A DNA stretch of 64,000 nt. It comes from a bacterium. Lineage in GTDB: Bacteria > UBA8248. The stretch lies in NCBI GenBank assembly GCA_965204535.1, contig CBDBEV010000001.1, positions 1,792,001 through 1,856,000 of the forward strand. The letters are read 5' to 3'. Shown one piece after another: positions 10,285 to 20,224 of this stretch. Each line of letters starts with the position of its first letter. Positions within the stretch are counted from its first letter, which is position 1. The translations under genes were made by a program, and so were the position numbers. Below the pieces are notes generated by a model. That model saw only the letters and a program-made list of their open reading frames with translations, had not been told where the DNA came from and did no database searches.

Positions 10285-10857
10285 GGGGTTGTTGAAAAAG
10301 TCCCTCAAGGGGGAGTGGTTTCTCCCGAAGGTTTGTAGGGACAGGCCCCTGTGCCTGTCCGACGTCATGAGGTTGGATATAAACGACGGGCGGGCACGGG
10401 GGCCCGCCCCTACGAAAAATGTGGTTCTGTAGGGGTCAGACATATATGTCTGACTGTGTGTCCTCCCCCCGCACTCGGGATGAGGGTGTTTTTAGTTTTC
10501 CTCACCCTGAGTAGCCGCCGAAGGTCAAACGCGACTGAGAAAGGAGCGTTTGTATCGAAGGATGGAGGCGTCTCCCGGCCGGCGAGAGCAATCGCTTCCG
10601 CATTGGGCGCGATTGACCTTCGATACGCGGCTTCGCCGCTACTCAGGATGAGGCGGTGCGGTTTTGTTCGTCATTCCGGCGAAAGCCGGAATCCATTTGC
10701 GGATGCGCGTGAATACACGGCGGCGTTTCATTCCCCCGCTGATGCGCGGGAACCCTGACGAAAGGCAAAAGGCGTAAAAATGGATTCCGGCTTTCGCCGG
10801 AATGACGGGCAGAAGGCGAAAATCACGCCTTTCTACAGGGACTTTTTCAACAACCCC
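10285..10857. repeat. IS-end-bounded mosaic of palindromic repeats (MITE-like)
   Basis: GGGGTTGTTGAAAAAG (10285) ... CTTTTTCAACAACCCC (10857), enclosing GTAGGG..CCCTAC, CTCACCCTGAGTAG..GTATCGAAGG and CGTCATTCCGGCGAAAGCCGGAATCC units. Confidence 0.82.
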
Positions 10858-10870
10858 GAACGGCGCGGGA

Positions 10871-10899
10871 TTGACCCGGAAAATGTTTGTTTGTATACC
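10871..10899 (+). promoter_or_regulatory. Putative sigma70 promoter for the TRAP operon
   Basis: TTGACC-17 bp-TATACC upstream of the 11173 ORF. Confidence 0.4.
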
Positions 10900-11172
10900 G
10901 GTTGCATACTTTTCATTCATACTGAGGCGTCCTTCCCGGGTTTCAGGAAGGCCGGATTCCCGATGGCGAGGGTTTCACGGCGTCTTTGCGTTTCGCGCAA
11001 GTAAAACCCGGAGCCGAAACGACGCCTCCCGAATCGCGCCGATAACGAGCGCTCATAAAAAATTTTTGAGGGATTGCCGACAACGACGTTATTGAAAATT
11101 CAGAAAATTCGGGAAACGGAATTTTTCGGATTCCTTATCCGGTGAAACACAGACCACACAAAGGCGAAGCCG

Positions 11173-13095
11173 ATGCAGGATAGAGCCGAGGGCGTAGGAT
11201 CCCAGCACAGGAACCTCCCCGATATTCTGGCGAAGATCGTATTCGCCTTTGGAGCCTTGAGCACCGCGTTTCACCTCTACGTCCTCATGGTCCAGCCGAT
11301 TCAGCCCTGGATTTTGCGATCCTTTCACCTGACGTCATCGGGCATCCTCGTTTTCGCACTCATCCCCTGGAGAGCCGACAGGAAAAACGAAGGCCCCAAC
11401 CTCCTGGATTACTCCCTCGCCTTTCTCCTCGTCACGACGACCATCTTCCTCATCGTCGACTTCGACGAGATGCTCTACCGGGTCGGCGTCGACCCCAACA
11501 TCTACGACGTCATTTTCGCCACCATCACGTTCCTCGTCATCCTGGAGATGGGACGCCGCCTGCAGGGATACGTGCTGCCGATCCTCGCCCTCGTCTGCCT
11601 GGCCTATGCGCTGTGGGGCGACTACCTGCCGGGCCTGTGGGGCCACAGGGGCTATCCGTTCCCGCGCACCATCACGTATCTCTTCAGCCTGGAGGGAATC
11701 TTCGGGCCTCCGCTGGCGGCCTCTTCCACCTTCATCATCCTCTTCATCCTCTTCGGCTCCGCTCTTCAGAGCTCGGGCGCGGGGCGATTGTTCATCGATA
11801 CCTCTCTGGCCATCGCGGGCGGCGCGAGAGGCGGGCCGGCCAAGGTGGCGGTCTTCGCCAGCAGCCTGTTCGGCACGATGTCCGGCAGTTCGGTGACGAA
11901 CGTGGTGACGACCGGCACCTTCACCATCCCCCTGATGAAGAGCATCGGCTATCGACCCGCCTTCGCGGGCGCCGTCGAGACCGTCGCCTCCACCGGCGGG
12001 CAACTCATGCCTCCCGTCATGGGCGTCACGGCGTTCGTGATGGCCGAGGTGACCGGCATCCCCTACCTCAAGATCGCAGCAGCAGGCCTCATACCGGCCA
12101 TTCTCTTCTACGTGGCCGTCTATTTCATGATCGGCGTCGAAGCGAAAAACTTAGGGCTTAGCGGTTTGCCCAGGAGTGAACTCCCGCGCCTGTGGGACGT
12201 CCTGCGCCAGAACGGCCACCTGCTTCTGCCCATCTTCGTCCTCATCTACTTCCTGGTCTACGTGCGCGTCTCGCCGATGAAATCGGCCTTTTACGCCATC
12301 GGTGCGGCGGTGGTCGCCAGCTGGCTCCGGCAGGAGACGCGTATGGGGGCGAAACGGGTGGCCGAGGCGCTCTACCGGACGATGGAGGGCGCTATCCACG
12401 TGGCGACGCCCAGCGCCCTGGCGGGCGTGGTCGTGGGCGTCCTGTCTCTCACGGGGCTGGGGCTCAAGGTCACGGACCTGTTGCTCTCCTACGTGGGCGA
12501 CAGCAAGATGCTGGGGCTCCTCGCCGTCATGCTGGTCTCCATCGTCCTGGGGATGGGCGTGCCTACGGTCGCCGCCTACCTCGTCGCCGCAGCCGCCGCC
12601 GGTCCCGCCCTCGTGAAACTGGGGTTTCCGCTCTTGAGCGCGCACATGTTCATTTTCTACTACGCCGTCCTGGCCACCATGACACCCCCCGTGGCGGCTT
12701 CCGCCTTCGCCGCGGGCGCGCTCGCAGGCGCCCACCCCATGCAGGTCGGCTTCATGGCGGTGCGGCTCGGGATCGCCGCTTACATCGTCCCGTTCCTGTT
12801 CGTCTACGGGGATTCGCTCCTGATGCAGGGCTCCTGGGGAGGCATCGCGATGGCGGTCGGCACGGCGCTTTTCGGCGTCTATGCCCTGGCGAGATGCGTC
12901 ATCGACCAGGGAATCGCCCTGTGGCGCAGGGGTGTGCTGGGGGTGGCGGCCCTGCTGCTGATCCTGACCGGCGGCCTGACGGACATCATCGGCCTCGTCG
13001 TGCTCGGCCTGGGGCTGGGGGGCGACCTTCTCGCCTGGTTCCAGAAGATTCGCAGCGGGAAGCAAAAAGAGGACACACTTGAGGAGAGCACATAA
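11173..13095 (+). CDS. TRAP transporter 4TM/12TM fused permease
   Basis: GHRGY, EGIFG, RGGPAKVAV, SGSSVTNVVTTGTFTIPLMK, ASTGGQLMPPVMG, TPPVA. Confidence 0.93.
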   Translation: MQDRAEGVGSQHRNLPDILAKIVFAFGALSTAFHLYVLMVQPIQPWILRSFHLTSSGILVFALIPWRADRKNEGPNLLDYSLAFLLVTTTIFLIVDFDEMLYRVGVDPNIYDVIFATITFLVILEMGRRLQGYVLPILALVCLAYALWGDYLPGLWGHRGYPFPRTITYLFSLEGIFGPPLAASSTFIILFILFGSALQSSGAGRLFIDTSLAIAGGARGGPAKVAVFASSLFGTMSGSSVTNVVTTGTFTIPLMKSIGYRPAFAGAVETVASTGGQLMPPVMGVTAFVMAEVTGIPYLKIAAAGLIPAILFYVAVYFMIGVEAKNLGLSGLPRSELPRLWDVLRQNGHLLLPIFVLIYFLVYVRVSPMKSAFYAIGAAVVASWLRQETRMGAKRVAEALYRTMEGAIHVATPSALAGVVVGVLSLTGLGLKVTDLLLSYVGDSKMLGLLAVMLVSIVLGMGVPTVAAYLVAAAAAGPALVKLGFPLLSAHMFIFYYAVLATMTPPVAASAFAAGALAGAHPMQVGFMAVRLGIAAYIVPFLFVYGDSLLMQGSWGGIAMAVGTALFGVYALARCVIDQGIALWRRGVLGVAALLLILTGGLTDIIGLVVLGLGLGGDLLAWFQKIRSGKQKEDTLEEST

Positions 13096-13152
13096 ACGCA
13101 GGTTTTCACGTGAACCTGGCAGCCTGTCAATCTCACACAGAGGAGAAAGGCC

Positions 13153-14160
13153 ATGAAACTCACCCGCAAGCAGATTCAACCCGTGGTTATTGCGATCATC
13201 GCCGCCTTCGCCTTCGGAGTCGCGTTGTCCGCTCCCGCCGAGGGGGCGAGAAAAGACTGGCCCAAACGCATCACCATCGGCGGCGGGCCGCTTCAGGGAA
13301 CCATCCAGTTCCAGGCGCTGGGCTGGTCCAGCGTGCTGAACAAGGTCTTGAAGCTCAACTCCTCGGTGGAGTCCACGGCCGGTGCCACGGTGAACGCGAG
13401 GCTCATCAGCCAGGGCAGGCAGGACTTCGGCTTCGGGACGAGTTCGAGCATCTCCGACGCCGCCTATCATGGCAGGGGCTTCGCCAAAGGAAAGCGCTAC
13501 AAGAACCTCCGCATCATGTCGCCGGTCGACAGCTCGGGCGTGCAGTTCTGGACGCCTGCGAAAAGCCCCATCATGAAGGCCGAGGACATCCAGGGAAGAC
13601 GCCTCAACATCAGCCGTCCGGGCAGCGGCGTGGACCGCTTCGGGCGCAACCTCATGAAGGTGGTCGGCTTAAAGCCCAGCCAGGTGACCAACGTGGGCCA
13701 CGGCCAGGCGAACCGCATGATGCAGGACGGCATTCTGGACGTCGCCGCCACGATCGGCGCGCCGCCCCATCCCGCCGTCGCCTCCATCACCTCCCAGCTT
13801 CCTTTCCGCGTGTTCGGGCTCGGGCACGGGAAGTGGGCGGAGATGATGCTGGCGAAATACCCGTTCTACGTGAAGACGGCGATCGTCGGCGGCATGTACA
13901 AGGGGAACCCGAAGCCCGTCAAGACCATCGGGCAGACGAACTGGCTCGGCTCGGGCGCGCACGTGCCGAACGACCTCGTGTATGAGGTGGTGAAGGCGAC
14001 ATTCGCGAACAAGAAGGACCTGGTGCTCGCCCACAGGTCGTGGGAAGCCCTGGACATCAACAAGATGACGAAGGCGAACATCCCCGTGCACCCGGGCGCG
14101 ATTCGCTATTACAAGGAGAAGGGAATCAAACTGCCCGAATCGGCCATGATGGCAAAGTAA
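13153..14160 (+). CDS. TAXI-family TRAP substrate-binding protein
   Basis: Signal peptide, ITIGGG..GT, ESTAGATVN, VYEVVKA, IPVHPGAIRYYKEKG. Confidence 0.9.
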   Translation: MKLTRKQIQPVVIAIIAAFAFGVALSAPAEGARKDWPKRITIGGGPLQGTIQFQALGWSSVLNKVLKLNSSVESTAGATVNARLISQGRQDFGFGTSSSISDAAYHGRGFAKGKRYKNLRIMSPVDSSGVQFWTPAKSPIMKAEDIQGRRLNISRPGSGVDRFGRNLMKVVGLKPSQVTNVGHGQANRMMQDGILDVAATIGAPPHPAVASITSQLPFRVFGLGHGKWAEMMLAKYPFYVKTAIVGGMYKGNPKPVKTIGQTNWLGSGAHVPNDLVYEVVKATFANKKDLVLAHRSWEALDINKMTKANIPVHPGAIRYYKEKGIKLPESAMMAK

Positions 14161-14176
14161 AGAGCCGCTTTGGTAC

Positions 14177-14557
14177 GGGGTTGTTGAAAAAGCCCCTCGG
14201 GGTGTGAGGGAATCCCGATCATCGGATTGTTCACCGTAGCGGACAGGCCCCTGCGCCTGTCCGTGGCCCCCGTGCCTGTCCTGACGAAGGACAACCACGG
14301 GAATAGACATCTTCGATAAGGGCGGCCACGGGGGGCCGCCCCTGGAAAAGCAACCCCCCCTACCCCCCCTTGACAGGGGGGTATAAAAAGGCGACGCCCC
14401 CCAACGAGGAGGGTAGAAAAAAACCTGACAAAGGGGGTATGAAAAGGCAACACCCGCCGCCGGCAGAGGGGCTTTTGTTTTTTCTTGCCCCCCTGACAAG
14501 GGGGGGTAGGGGGGGTTGCCTTTATCCCCTGAGGAGGGGAACTTTTTCAACAACCCC
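14177..14557. repeat. IS-end-bounded mosaic (GTAG-type plus family P repeats)
   Basis: GGGGTTGTTGAAAAAG (14177) ... CTTTTTCAACAACCCC (14557); P repeat at 14352-14517. Confidence 0.85.
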
Positions 14558-14572
14558 AGAAAGGAAAGGATA

Positions 14573-16768
14573 GTGCGTCTCCCGGATTGGACGATACAGA
14601 ACTGGACGGATGAGTTGGGCTTCGCCGAGGTCGACCCCGCCGCCGATGCGGTGGCGGGCGAGTTCGGCACGTGGCGGATCCGCTACACGGTGGGCCGCTG
14701 GGGGATAGACGAGCGCGGCTCCATCAAGGTCGCCTTCCGGCAGGTGAGCAACTGGGGCGCGCCGCAGTTCGACGACCCCGAGGGGGAGAACTACACCACG
14801 GTCCGGCTCCATTCCGATTCCGAAGCGGTGCTCGCACCCAGGTTCGAGAGGCGGGGCTACATCCGCCACTGGCGGCAGGCGCTTACCATCGACGTTCTGG
14901 ACGGGTGTCTCTGGGAAGGCGACAGCATCGAGATCGTCCTGGGCGATACGAGTCAGGGAAGCCCCGGCCTAAAGGCGCAGACCTTCAGCGAGAGCAATTT
15001 CGAGTTCAAGATTTTCGTCGACCCCTTCGGCGCGGGGAATTTTCAGCCCCTGCCGCAATCCCCGACGCTCCGGATCAAAGGAGGAGAGGCGCGCCGCCTC
15101 GTCGCCATCATGACTTCAGAAGCCGCCGTCGGCGAAAAGGGATGGCTGCTCGTGAAGGCGGAAGACAGACACGGGAACATCGCGGAAGGCTGCGCCGAGG
15201 AGATTTCTCTCGAAGCCGAGGGCGCGAATCTGGGCCTTCCCGAGGGGTTGCGTTTCGATGCAGACGGGCTCGCGCTGATAAGGACGGGGGAGATTTCATT
15301 CGGGAGCGAGGGCGTGGCGCGCATTCGTGTGAAAGACAGCGCGGGACGCGAGGCGCTCACGAACCCCGTCGTGGTGCGCGAGCGGATAGACGGCCCCCGC
15401 CTGCACTGGGGGGATTTTCACGGGGGCCAGACCGCCGGCACGGTGGGCGTCAACAGCTTCGAGGAATTCTACCGCTTCGCCCGGGACGCGGGCGCGCTCG
15501 AGTTCACCACCCATCAGGGAAACTGTTTCGAGGTGACGAACGAGGACATGGAGGAACTGAAAGAGAAGACCCGCGCCTTCCACGAGCCGGGCCGCTTCGT
15601 CCCCTTCCTGGGCTATGAGTGGTCGGGAACCACCCCGATGGGCGGGGATCACGCCATATTCTTCTTCGATGAAGAGAACGCGATCCACCGCTGCTCCCAC
15701 TGGCTACAGACGGATCTCTCGGACGCCGATACGGATCGCGACCACATCACCAGGCTCCATGCGCAACTGCGAGGCGGGGGAGCGCTGAGCCTTCCCCACG
15801 TGGGCGGGCGTCCGGCGAATCTCGCCTTTCACGACTCCGAACTCGAACCCGTCATCGAGATCCACTCCAAACACGGTATGTTCGAGTGGATGCTCGAGGA
15901 ATCCATCGAGCGGAACATGAAGGTGGGCTTCGTCGGCGGGAGCGACGACCACTACGGCCAGCCCGGCGCCTGTTATCCGAGCGAGGACGTGAGCCATTTC
16001 GCCGCGCGCAACGGCCTGACGGCGCTCTACGCCGGTGAGCTGACGCGGGAATCCATCTGGGCCGACATCAAGGCGCGCCGCTGCTACGCCACGAGCGGCG
16101 AGCGGATTTACCTGCGCTTCACCGTGAACGATAGGTGGATGGGAGAGGAGATCGAGGCGGCCGGGCCCCCGAGAATTTCGGTCGAAGCCGTGGGAACGGG
16201 CCCCATCGAGCGGATCGAGGTGTTCCGCGGGATGACGCGGGTTCATACCGAGAAAATCGCACAGGATCGGGCGGGCAATTGGCTTCGCGTTCTGTTCTCA
16301 GGCGCCAGGGTGCGCGGACGGGGGCGCTCCACCCTGTGGGACGGGCGGCTATCTTTAAGCGAAGCGCGAATCCTTGAAGTCGATCCCGTCGCGCTCGTAG
16401 ATAACCGAGACCGGCTCGACCCAAGCGCGGAATCGGGGGTCTCCTGGAGTCTCTACACAGCGGGAGATTCCCGGGGGTTCAACCTCGAACTGGACGGCGA
16501 TGCGGGCGAGATGGATATCAGCACGGAACACGCGGAACTTCGGGGGAGAATCCGGGACTTTCTCGATAACCCCGCCATGGCGGACGCCGGAAGGCTCGGC
16601 CAGCGGATTGAAGTCGGAAGAACACCTTCGACGGACGGCCCCTGGGAGGCGCGCTTCGAGTATACCGACGACGATGCGCCTTCGGGTCTCAACACCTATT
16701 GGGTCCGGGTGGTTCAGGTGGATCAGGAAAAAGCCTGGAGCAGTCCCGTGTGGGTGAATCTCGCATAA
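14573..16768 (+). CDS. DUF3604 / PHP-like metallohydrolase
   Basis: WGDFHG, GYEWS, PHVGGR, EIHSKHG, GGSDDH, RRCYATSG, AWSSPVW; GTG start after AAGGA. Confidence 0.82.
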   Translation: MRLPDWTIQNWTDELGFAEVDPAADAVAGEFGTWRIRYTVGRWGIDERGSIKVAFRQVSNWGAPQFDDPEGENYTTVRLHSDSEAVLAPRFERRGYIRHWRQALTIDVLDGCLWEGDSIEIVLGDTSQGSPGLKAQTFSESNFEFKIFVDPFGAGNFQPLPQSPTLRIKGGEARRLVAIMTSEAAVGEKGWLLVKAEDRHGNIAEGCAEEISLEAEGANLGLPEGLRFDADGLALIRTGEISFGSEGVARIRVKDSAGREALTNPVVVRERIDGPRLHWGDFHGGQTAGTVGVNSFEEFYRFARDAGALEFTTHQGNCFEVTNEDMEELKEKTRAFHEPGRFVPFLGYEWSGTTPMGGDHAIFFFDEENAIHRCSHWLQTDLSDADTDRDHITRLHAQLRGGGALSLPHVGGRPANLAFHDSELEPVIEIHSKHGMFEWMLEESIERNMKVGFVGGSDDHYGQPGACYPSEDVSHFAARNGLTALYAGELTRESIWADIKARRCYATSGERIYLRFTVNDRWMGEEIEAAGPPRISVEAVGTGPIERIEVFRGMTRVHTEKIAQDRAGNWLRVLFSGARVRGRGRSTLWDGRLSLSEARILEVDPVALVDNRDRLDPSAESGVSWSLYTAGDSRGFNLELDGDAGEMDISTEHAELRGRIRDFLDNPAMADAGRLGQRIEVGRTPSTDGPWEARFEYTDDDAPSGLNTYWVRVVQVDQEKAWSSPVWVNLA

Positions 16769-16812
16769 AATGATGTGGTTTAACCAAGTATGTATCTTGT
16801 GAGGAGAGCGAA

Positions 16813-17691
16813 ATGTGCACCATAGGCGCCGTCGCGACGGCTGACTCAGACGGCAATCCCGTCGCCTTCGCGCTCAAGAATTCGGACTACATGCAGGTCG
16901 GCCACTGGCACGGCTGCATCACCGGAGGGGCGGGCCATGACTTCATGGGCTTCAACACGGCCTCGCGGCCCGGCGTGAACTCCGGCATGAACGAGAAGGG
17001 CCTGGCCGTCATCCGCTCTTTTCTGGACTACCGGGGGCCTTTCGATGAAAAAGACGAACCTGTGAAGGAACAAAAAGACTTCCCGCTCGACGTCGACCGC
17101 CGCAGCGCCATCGCCGCGGGCCTTCTGGAAATCTACGAGACCGTCGAGGAGACGCTCCTCTACCTGCACGACGTGATCCCCAAACACACGGGCAAAGGCA
17201 CCGGACAGCGCGGCGGAAATTTTCTGCTCGCCGACGCGACGGGCAAGGTCGCCGTGCTGGAGCACTGCGAGGACAGAATCGAATCCCGCGTCTATCCGGA
17301 AGGATTCTCGGCGCGCGGGAACAACGGGCGCCTCATCCTCCTGGGCGAGCAGGCCCGGCTGCCCGAACAGGTGCGAGAGGACAGGGAGACGCGCTGCGAT
17401 TACATGCAGACCGCACTGGAGAGGCTTCACGAATCCATCCCCCAAGGGATGAGCAAGGCGGAGGCGCTCGATAGCCTGAAAAGAACCCTCGCCTGGAAAG
17501 GCCCCGAAGGGGACGGGGGCGTGGGTTCGATCTGCGCGGTGGATTTACGCGCCCCCGGAGCGCGGACGAACAGCGCGCAGCCGTGTTCGACGCGCACCGC
17601 CGTCATCTTCGACCTGATAGAGAAAACCATGCACTTCACGCGGGGAAATCCCGACCGATTCCCCTGGGAGACGATGTGCTTCCCCACATGA
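16813..17691 (+). CDS. Ntn-hydrolase (C45 peptidase / choloylglycine hydrolase-like)
   Basis: N-terminal M-C-T nucleophile, KNSD, GMNEKGLA, NFLLADA, RGNP near the C-terminus. Confidence 0.75.
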   Translation: MCTIGAVATADSDGNPVAFALKNSDYMQVGHWHGCITGGAGHDFMGFNTASRPGVNSGMNEKGLAVIRSFLDYRGPFDEKDEPVKEQKDFPLDVDRRSAIAAGLLEIYETVEETLLYLHDVIPKHTGKGTGQRGGNFLLADATGKVAVLEHCEDRIESRVYPEGFSARGNNGRLILLGEQARLPEQVREDRETRCDYMQTALERLHESIPQGMSKAEALDSLKRTLAWKGPEGDGGVGSICAVDLRAPGARTNSAQPCSTRTAVIFDLIEKTMHFTRGNPDRFPWETMCFPT

Positions 17692-17772
17692 AGATGATGG
17701 AATTCAACCGCTCCAACCACACCCCGGAAAGAAACGCGAACGCGCCGGGGCCGTCCTGAGAGGAAGATTTTC

Positions 17773-18786
17773 ATGACCGAGAACACCGAACGCCCTGTAT
17801 TCGTCGTCAGCTCGCCCCGTTCAGGCTCCACCCTTCTGAGATTGATCCTGGACGCCCACCCGCGCCTGGCGGTGCCCCCGCCCGCATGGCTGACGCATTT
17901 CATCTATCCCTATCTCTACAGCTACGGCGATTTGTCGATCGAAAGTAATCTCGCCGAAATGATCGAGGACTCCCTCGCCACGCCGACGATCCGCGCATGG
18001 CCCATCTCGCCGAGTGCTCAGGAAGTGCGCGCTGAAATGCGAGAGTCCACCTTCGCGGAGATGTACGCCGCATTTCACCGGCTTTATGCGAAATCCGAAG
18101 GAAAAGAACGCTGGGGAGAGAAAACGCCGCGCGTCTGCTTCTACATGGAAGACTTGAAATCCATGTATCCCGGCGCGCAGTTCGTCCACATCATCAGGGA
18201 CGGACGGGACGTCGCCATCGACATCGCGGATTCCGCCCTCTGGCCGAACAACCTCTACGCGACCGCAGGCGTTTGGCGCGACTTCGTCCGTTGTGTGAAC
18301 GAATCGGCAAAAACGCTGGATCCCGAGTCCTTTTACGTCGTCAGGTATGAGGAACTCTGCGCCGAGCCGGAACCCGTTCTGGAGAAACTGTGTGAGTTCC
18401 TGGGGGAGGATTTCTCGCCCGCCATGCTCGCCCATCAGGAAACCGCATCGACGAAAAAGTGGGCCGAAACGCCCATCCACGCCAAGACGGCCCGCCCCAT
18501 CACGACGGATTTCGTCGAGATGTACAAGCATCGTCTGCCGGAGTCGGACGTAGGGGTCATCGAAAGCCTCATCGGCGAGACACTCGGCGAATTCGGCTAC
18601 GCCCTCACGGGCGCGCCGGACGACCTATCTTCGCGCGAGAAGCGCCAGCTGATGGAGAACGACACCATCACCAACATCGCGTCCATCGAGTACAAGCGCT
18701 GGCATGAGGGAAGAAGAAAAGAACGGTGTGATCGGGGCGTATGGGCGCCAGAGGATCGGGATTCCCTCCTCTGGGGTTTCCATTAA
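17773..18786 (+). CDS. Sulfotransferase family protein (paralog 2)
   Basis: VSSPRSGSTL, RWGEKTP, HIIRDGRD, RYEEL; colinear with the 2891-3904 protein. Confidence 0.9.
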   Translation: MTENTERPVFVVSSPRSGSTLLRLILDAHPRLAVPPPAWLTHFIYPYLYSYGDLSIESNLAEMIEDSLATPTIRAWPISPSAQEVRAEMRESTFAEMYAAFHRLYAKSEGKERWGEKTPRVCFYMEDLKSMYPGAQFVHIIRDGRDVAIDIADSALWPNNLYATAGVWRDFVRCVNESAKTLDPESFYVVRYEELCAEPEPVLEKLCEFLGEDFSPAMLAHQETASTKKWAETPIHAKTARPITTDFVEMYKHRLPESDVGVIESLIGETLGEFGYALTGAPDDLSSREKRQLMENDTITNIASIEYKRWHEGRRKERCDRGVWAPEDRDSLLWGFH

Positions 18787-18800
18787 AGGGAGCGTCCGGT

Positions 18801-19976
18801 TTGTCCCCGCAAAACGACCCGCAGGAGCATCCCCGTCTCCTCGTCCCCGAGGAGGAAAGAGCGGATTTAGAACGCGAGGCCGCCGATCTGCCTCACATCT
18901 CCCTCGACGCCCGCCGGCTATGCGATCTCGAACTGCTCTTGAACGGCGGTTTCGCGCCGCTGCAAGGATATCCAAGCCAAAAAGACTACGAGTGCGTTCT
19001 CGAATCCATGCGCCTTCAAAACGGGGCGTTGTGGCCCATCCCCATCGTCCTTGACTTATCCGAGAAAGAGGCGAACAGGATCGAGAAGCGCTCCCGGCTC
19101 GCCCTGCGGGACGGCGGCGGGACGCCTCTCGCCGTTCTGGACGTGGAAGACATATGGCGAGCCGACTTTGAGCGGGAAGCGCAATGCGTATTCGACACCC
19201 TCGATCAGACCCACCCGGGGGTCAGGTATCTTTTCCGGGAAACCGGCCCCTTCTACCTCGGCGGCCGTTTGCGCGGAATCCGCCTGCCCCGGCACGCCGA
19301 CTTTCCCGAATATCGCAATTCCCCCGGAGAGCTGCGGGAGAAATTCCGGGCGATGGGATGGAAGCGGGTCGTCGCCTTTCAGACGCGCAACCCGATGCAC
19401 AGGGCGCACGTCGAGCTGACGAAGAGCGCCGCTTCCGAGAATGGAGCGAAAATACTTCTGCATCCGGTAGTGGGAATCACGAAACCGGGCGACATCGACC
19501 ATACGTGCCGGGTGCGCTGCTACGAGCACGTTCTCAGGCATTACGCGCCTGATTCCGTCACCCTGGCGCTATTGCCCCTGGCGATGCGGATGGCCGGCCC
19601 CAGAGAGGCCCTCTGGCACGCGCTCATAAGAAAAAACTACGGCTGCACCCACTTCATCGTGGGCAGGGATCATGCCGGCCCCGGCGTCGACGGCCGGGGT
19701 GAGCCTTTCTACGACCCGTACGCCGCCCAGGACTTGCTGAAAACCCACCAGTCCGAGTGCGGAATCGCGATGGTCCCGTTCCAGGAGATGGTCTACGCCC
19801 CGGATGAGGAGCGCTACCTGCCGGTGGATCGGCTCCCCGAAAACACCCGCATCCTCAAAATATCCGGCACGAGGCTTCGCGAAATGATGGAAAAGGGCGA
19901 AGAAATCCCCGGGTGGTTCACCTACGCGGAAGTCGCGAAAGAGTTGAGGCGTTATTCTTCCCCGAAAAAGTCTTGA
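18801..19976 (+). CDS. sat: Sulfate adenylyltransferase (ATP sulfurylase), no APS-kinase domain
   Basis: DLELLLNGGFAPL, VAFQTRNPMHRAH, MRMAGPREALWHALIRKNYGCTHFIVGRDHAG, ISGT. Confidence 0.93.
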   Translation: MSPQNDPQEHPRLLVPEEERADLEREAADLPHISLDARRLCDLELLLNGGFAPLQGYPSQKDYECVLESMRLQNGALWPIPIVLDLSEKEANRIEKRSRLALRDGGGTPLAVLDVEDIWRADFEREAQCVFDTLDQTHPGVRYLFRETGPFYLGGRLRGIRLPRHADFPEYRNSPGELREKFRAMGWKRVVAFQTRNPMHRAHVELTKSAASENGAKILLHPVVGITKPGDIDHTCRVRCYEHVLRHYAPDSVTLALLPLAMRMAGPREALWHALIRKNYGCTHFIVGRDHAGPGVDGRGEPFYDPYAAQDLLKTHQSECGIAMVPFQEMVYAPDEERYLPVDRLPENTRILKISGTRLREMMEKGEEIPGWFTYAEVAKELRRYSSPKKS

Positions 19977-20224
19977 GCCGCGCCCGCCGTCAGAACTCGA
20001 AGCCGTGGACGGGATCATGAATGACAATATCCACCAATCACATCCATAGGACAACAGGACTACAGAGCCGATGAGGGCGGCTCGATGCGACGTAGGATGG
20101 CGGAGATGGAGGGTCAATCGCGACTGAGAAAGGAGCGATTGCGGTTTGCGTCCGATGAGGGAGGCTGCGGAAATGCGACAAGGCTGCGGGAACTTCGGAT
20201 GATCCAGCAATCATGCCCGTATGG

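Noticed and set aside
10280-14562. TSDs for the cassettes at 10285-10857 and 14177-14557
   Set aside because: The flanks do not match (AAAGG/GAACG; GGTAC/AGAAA), so these cannot be called simple single insertions.
19977-20224. Genomic island integrated at tRNA-Ser
   Set aside because: No integrase and no duplicated tRNA 3' end noticed in the window.
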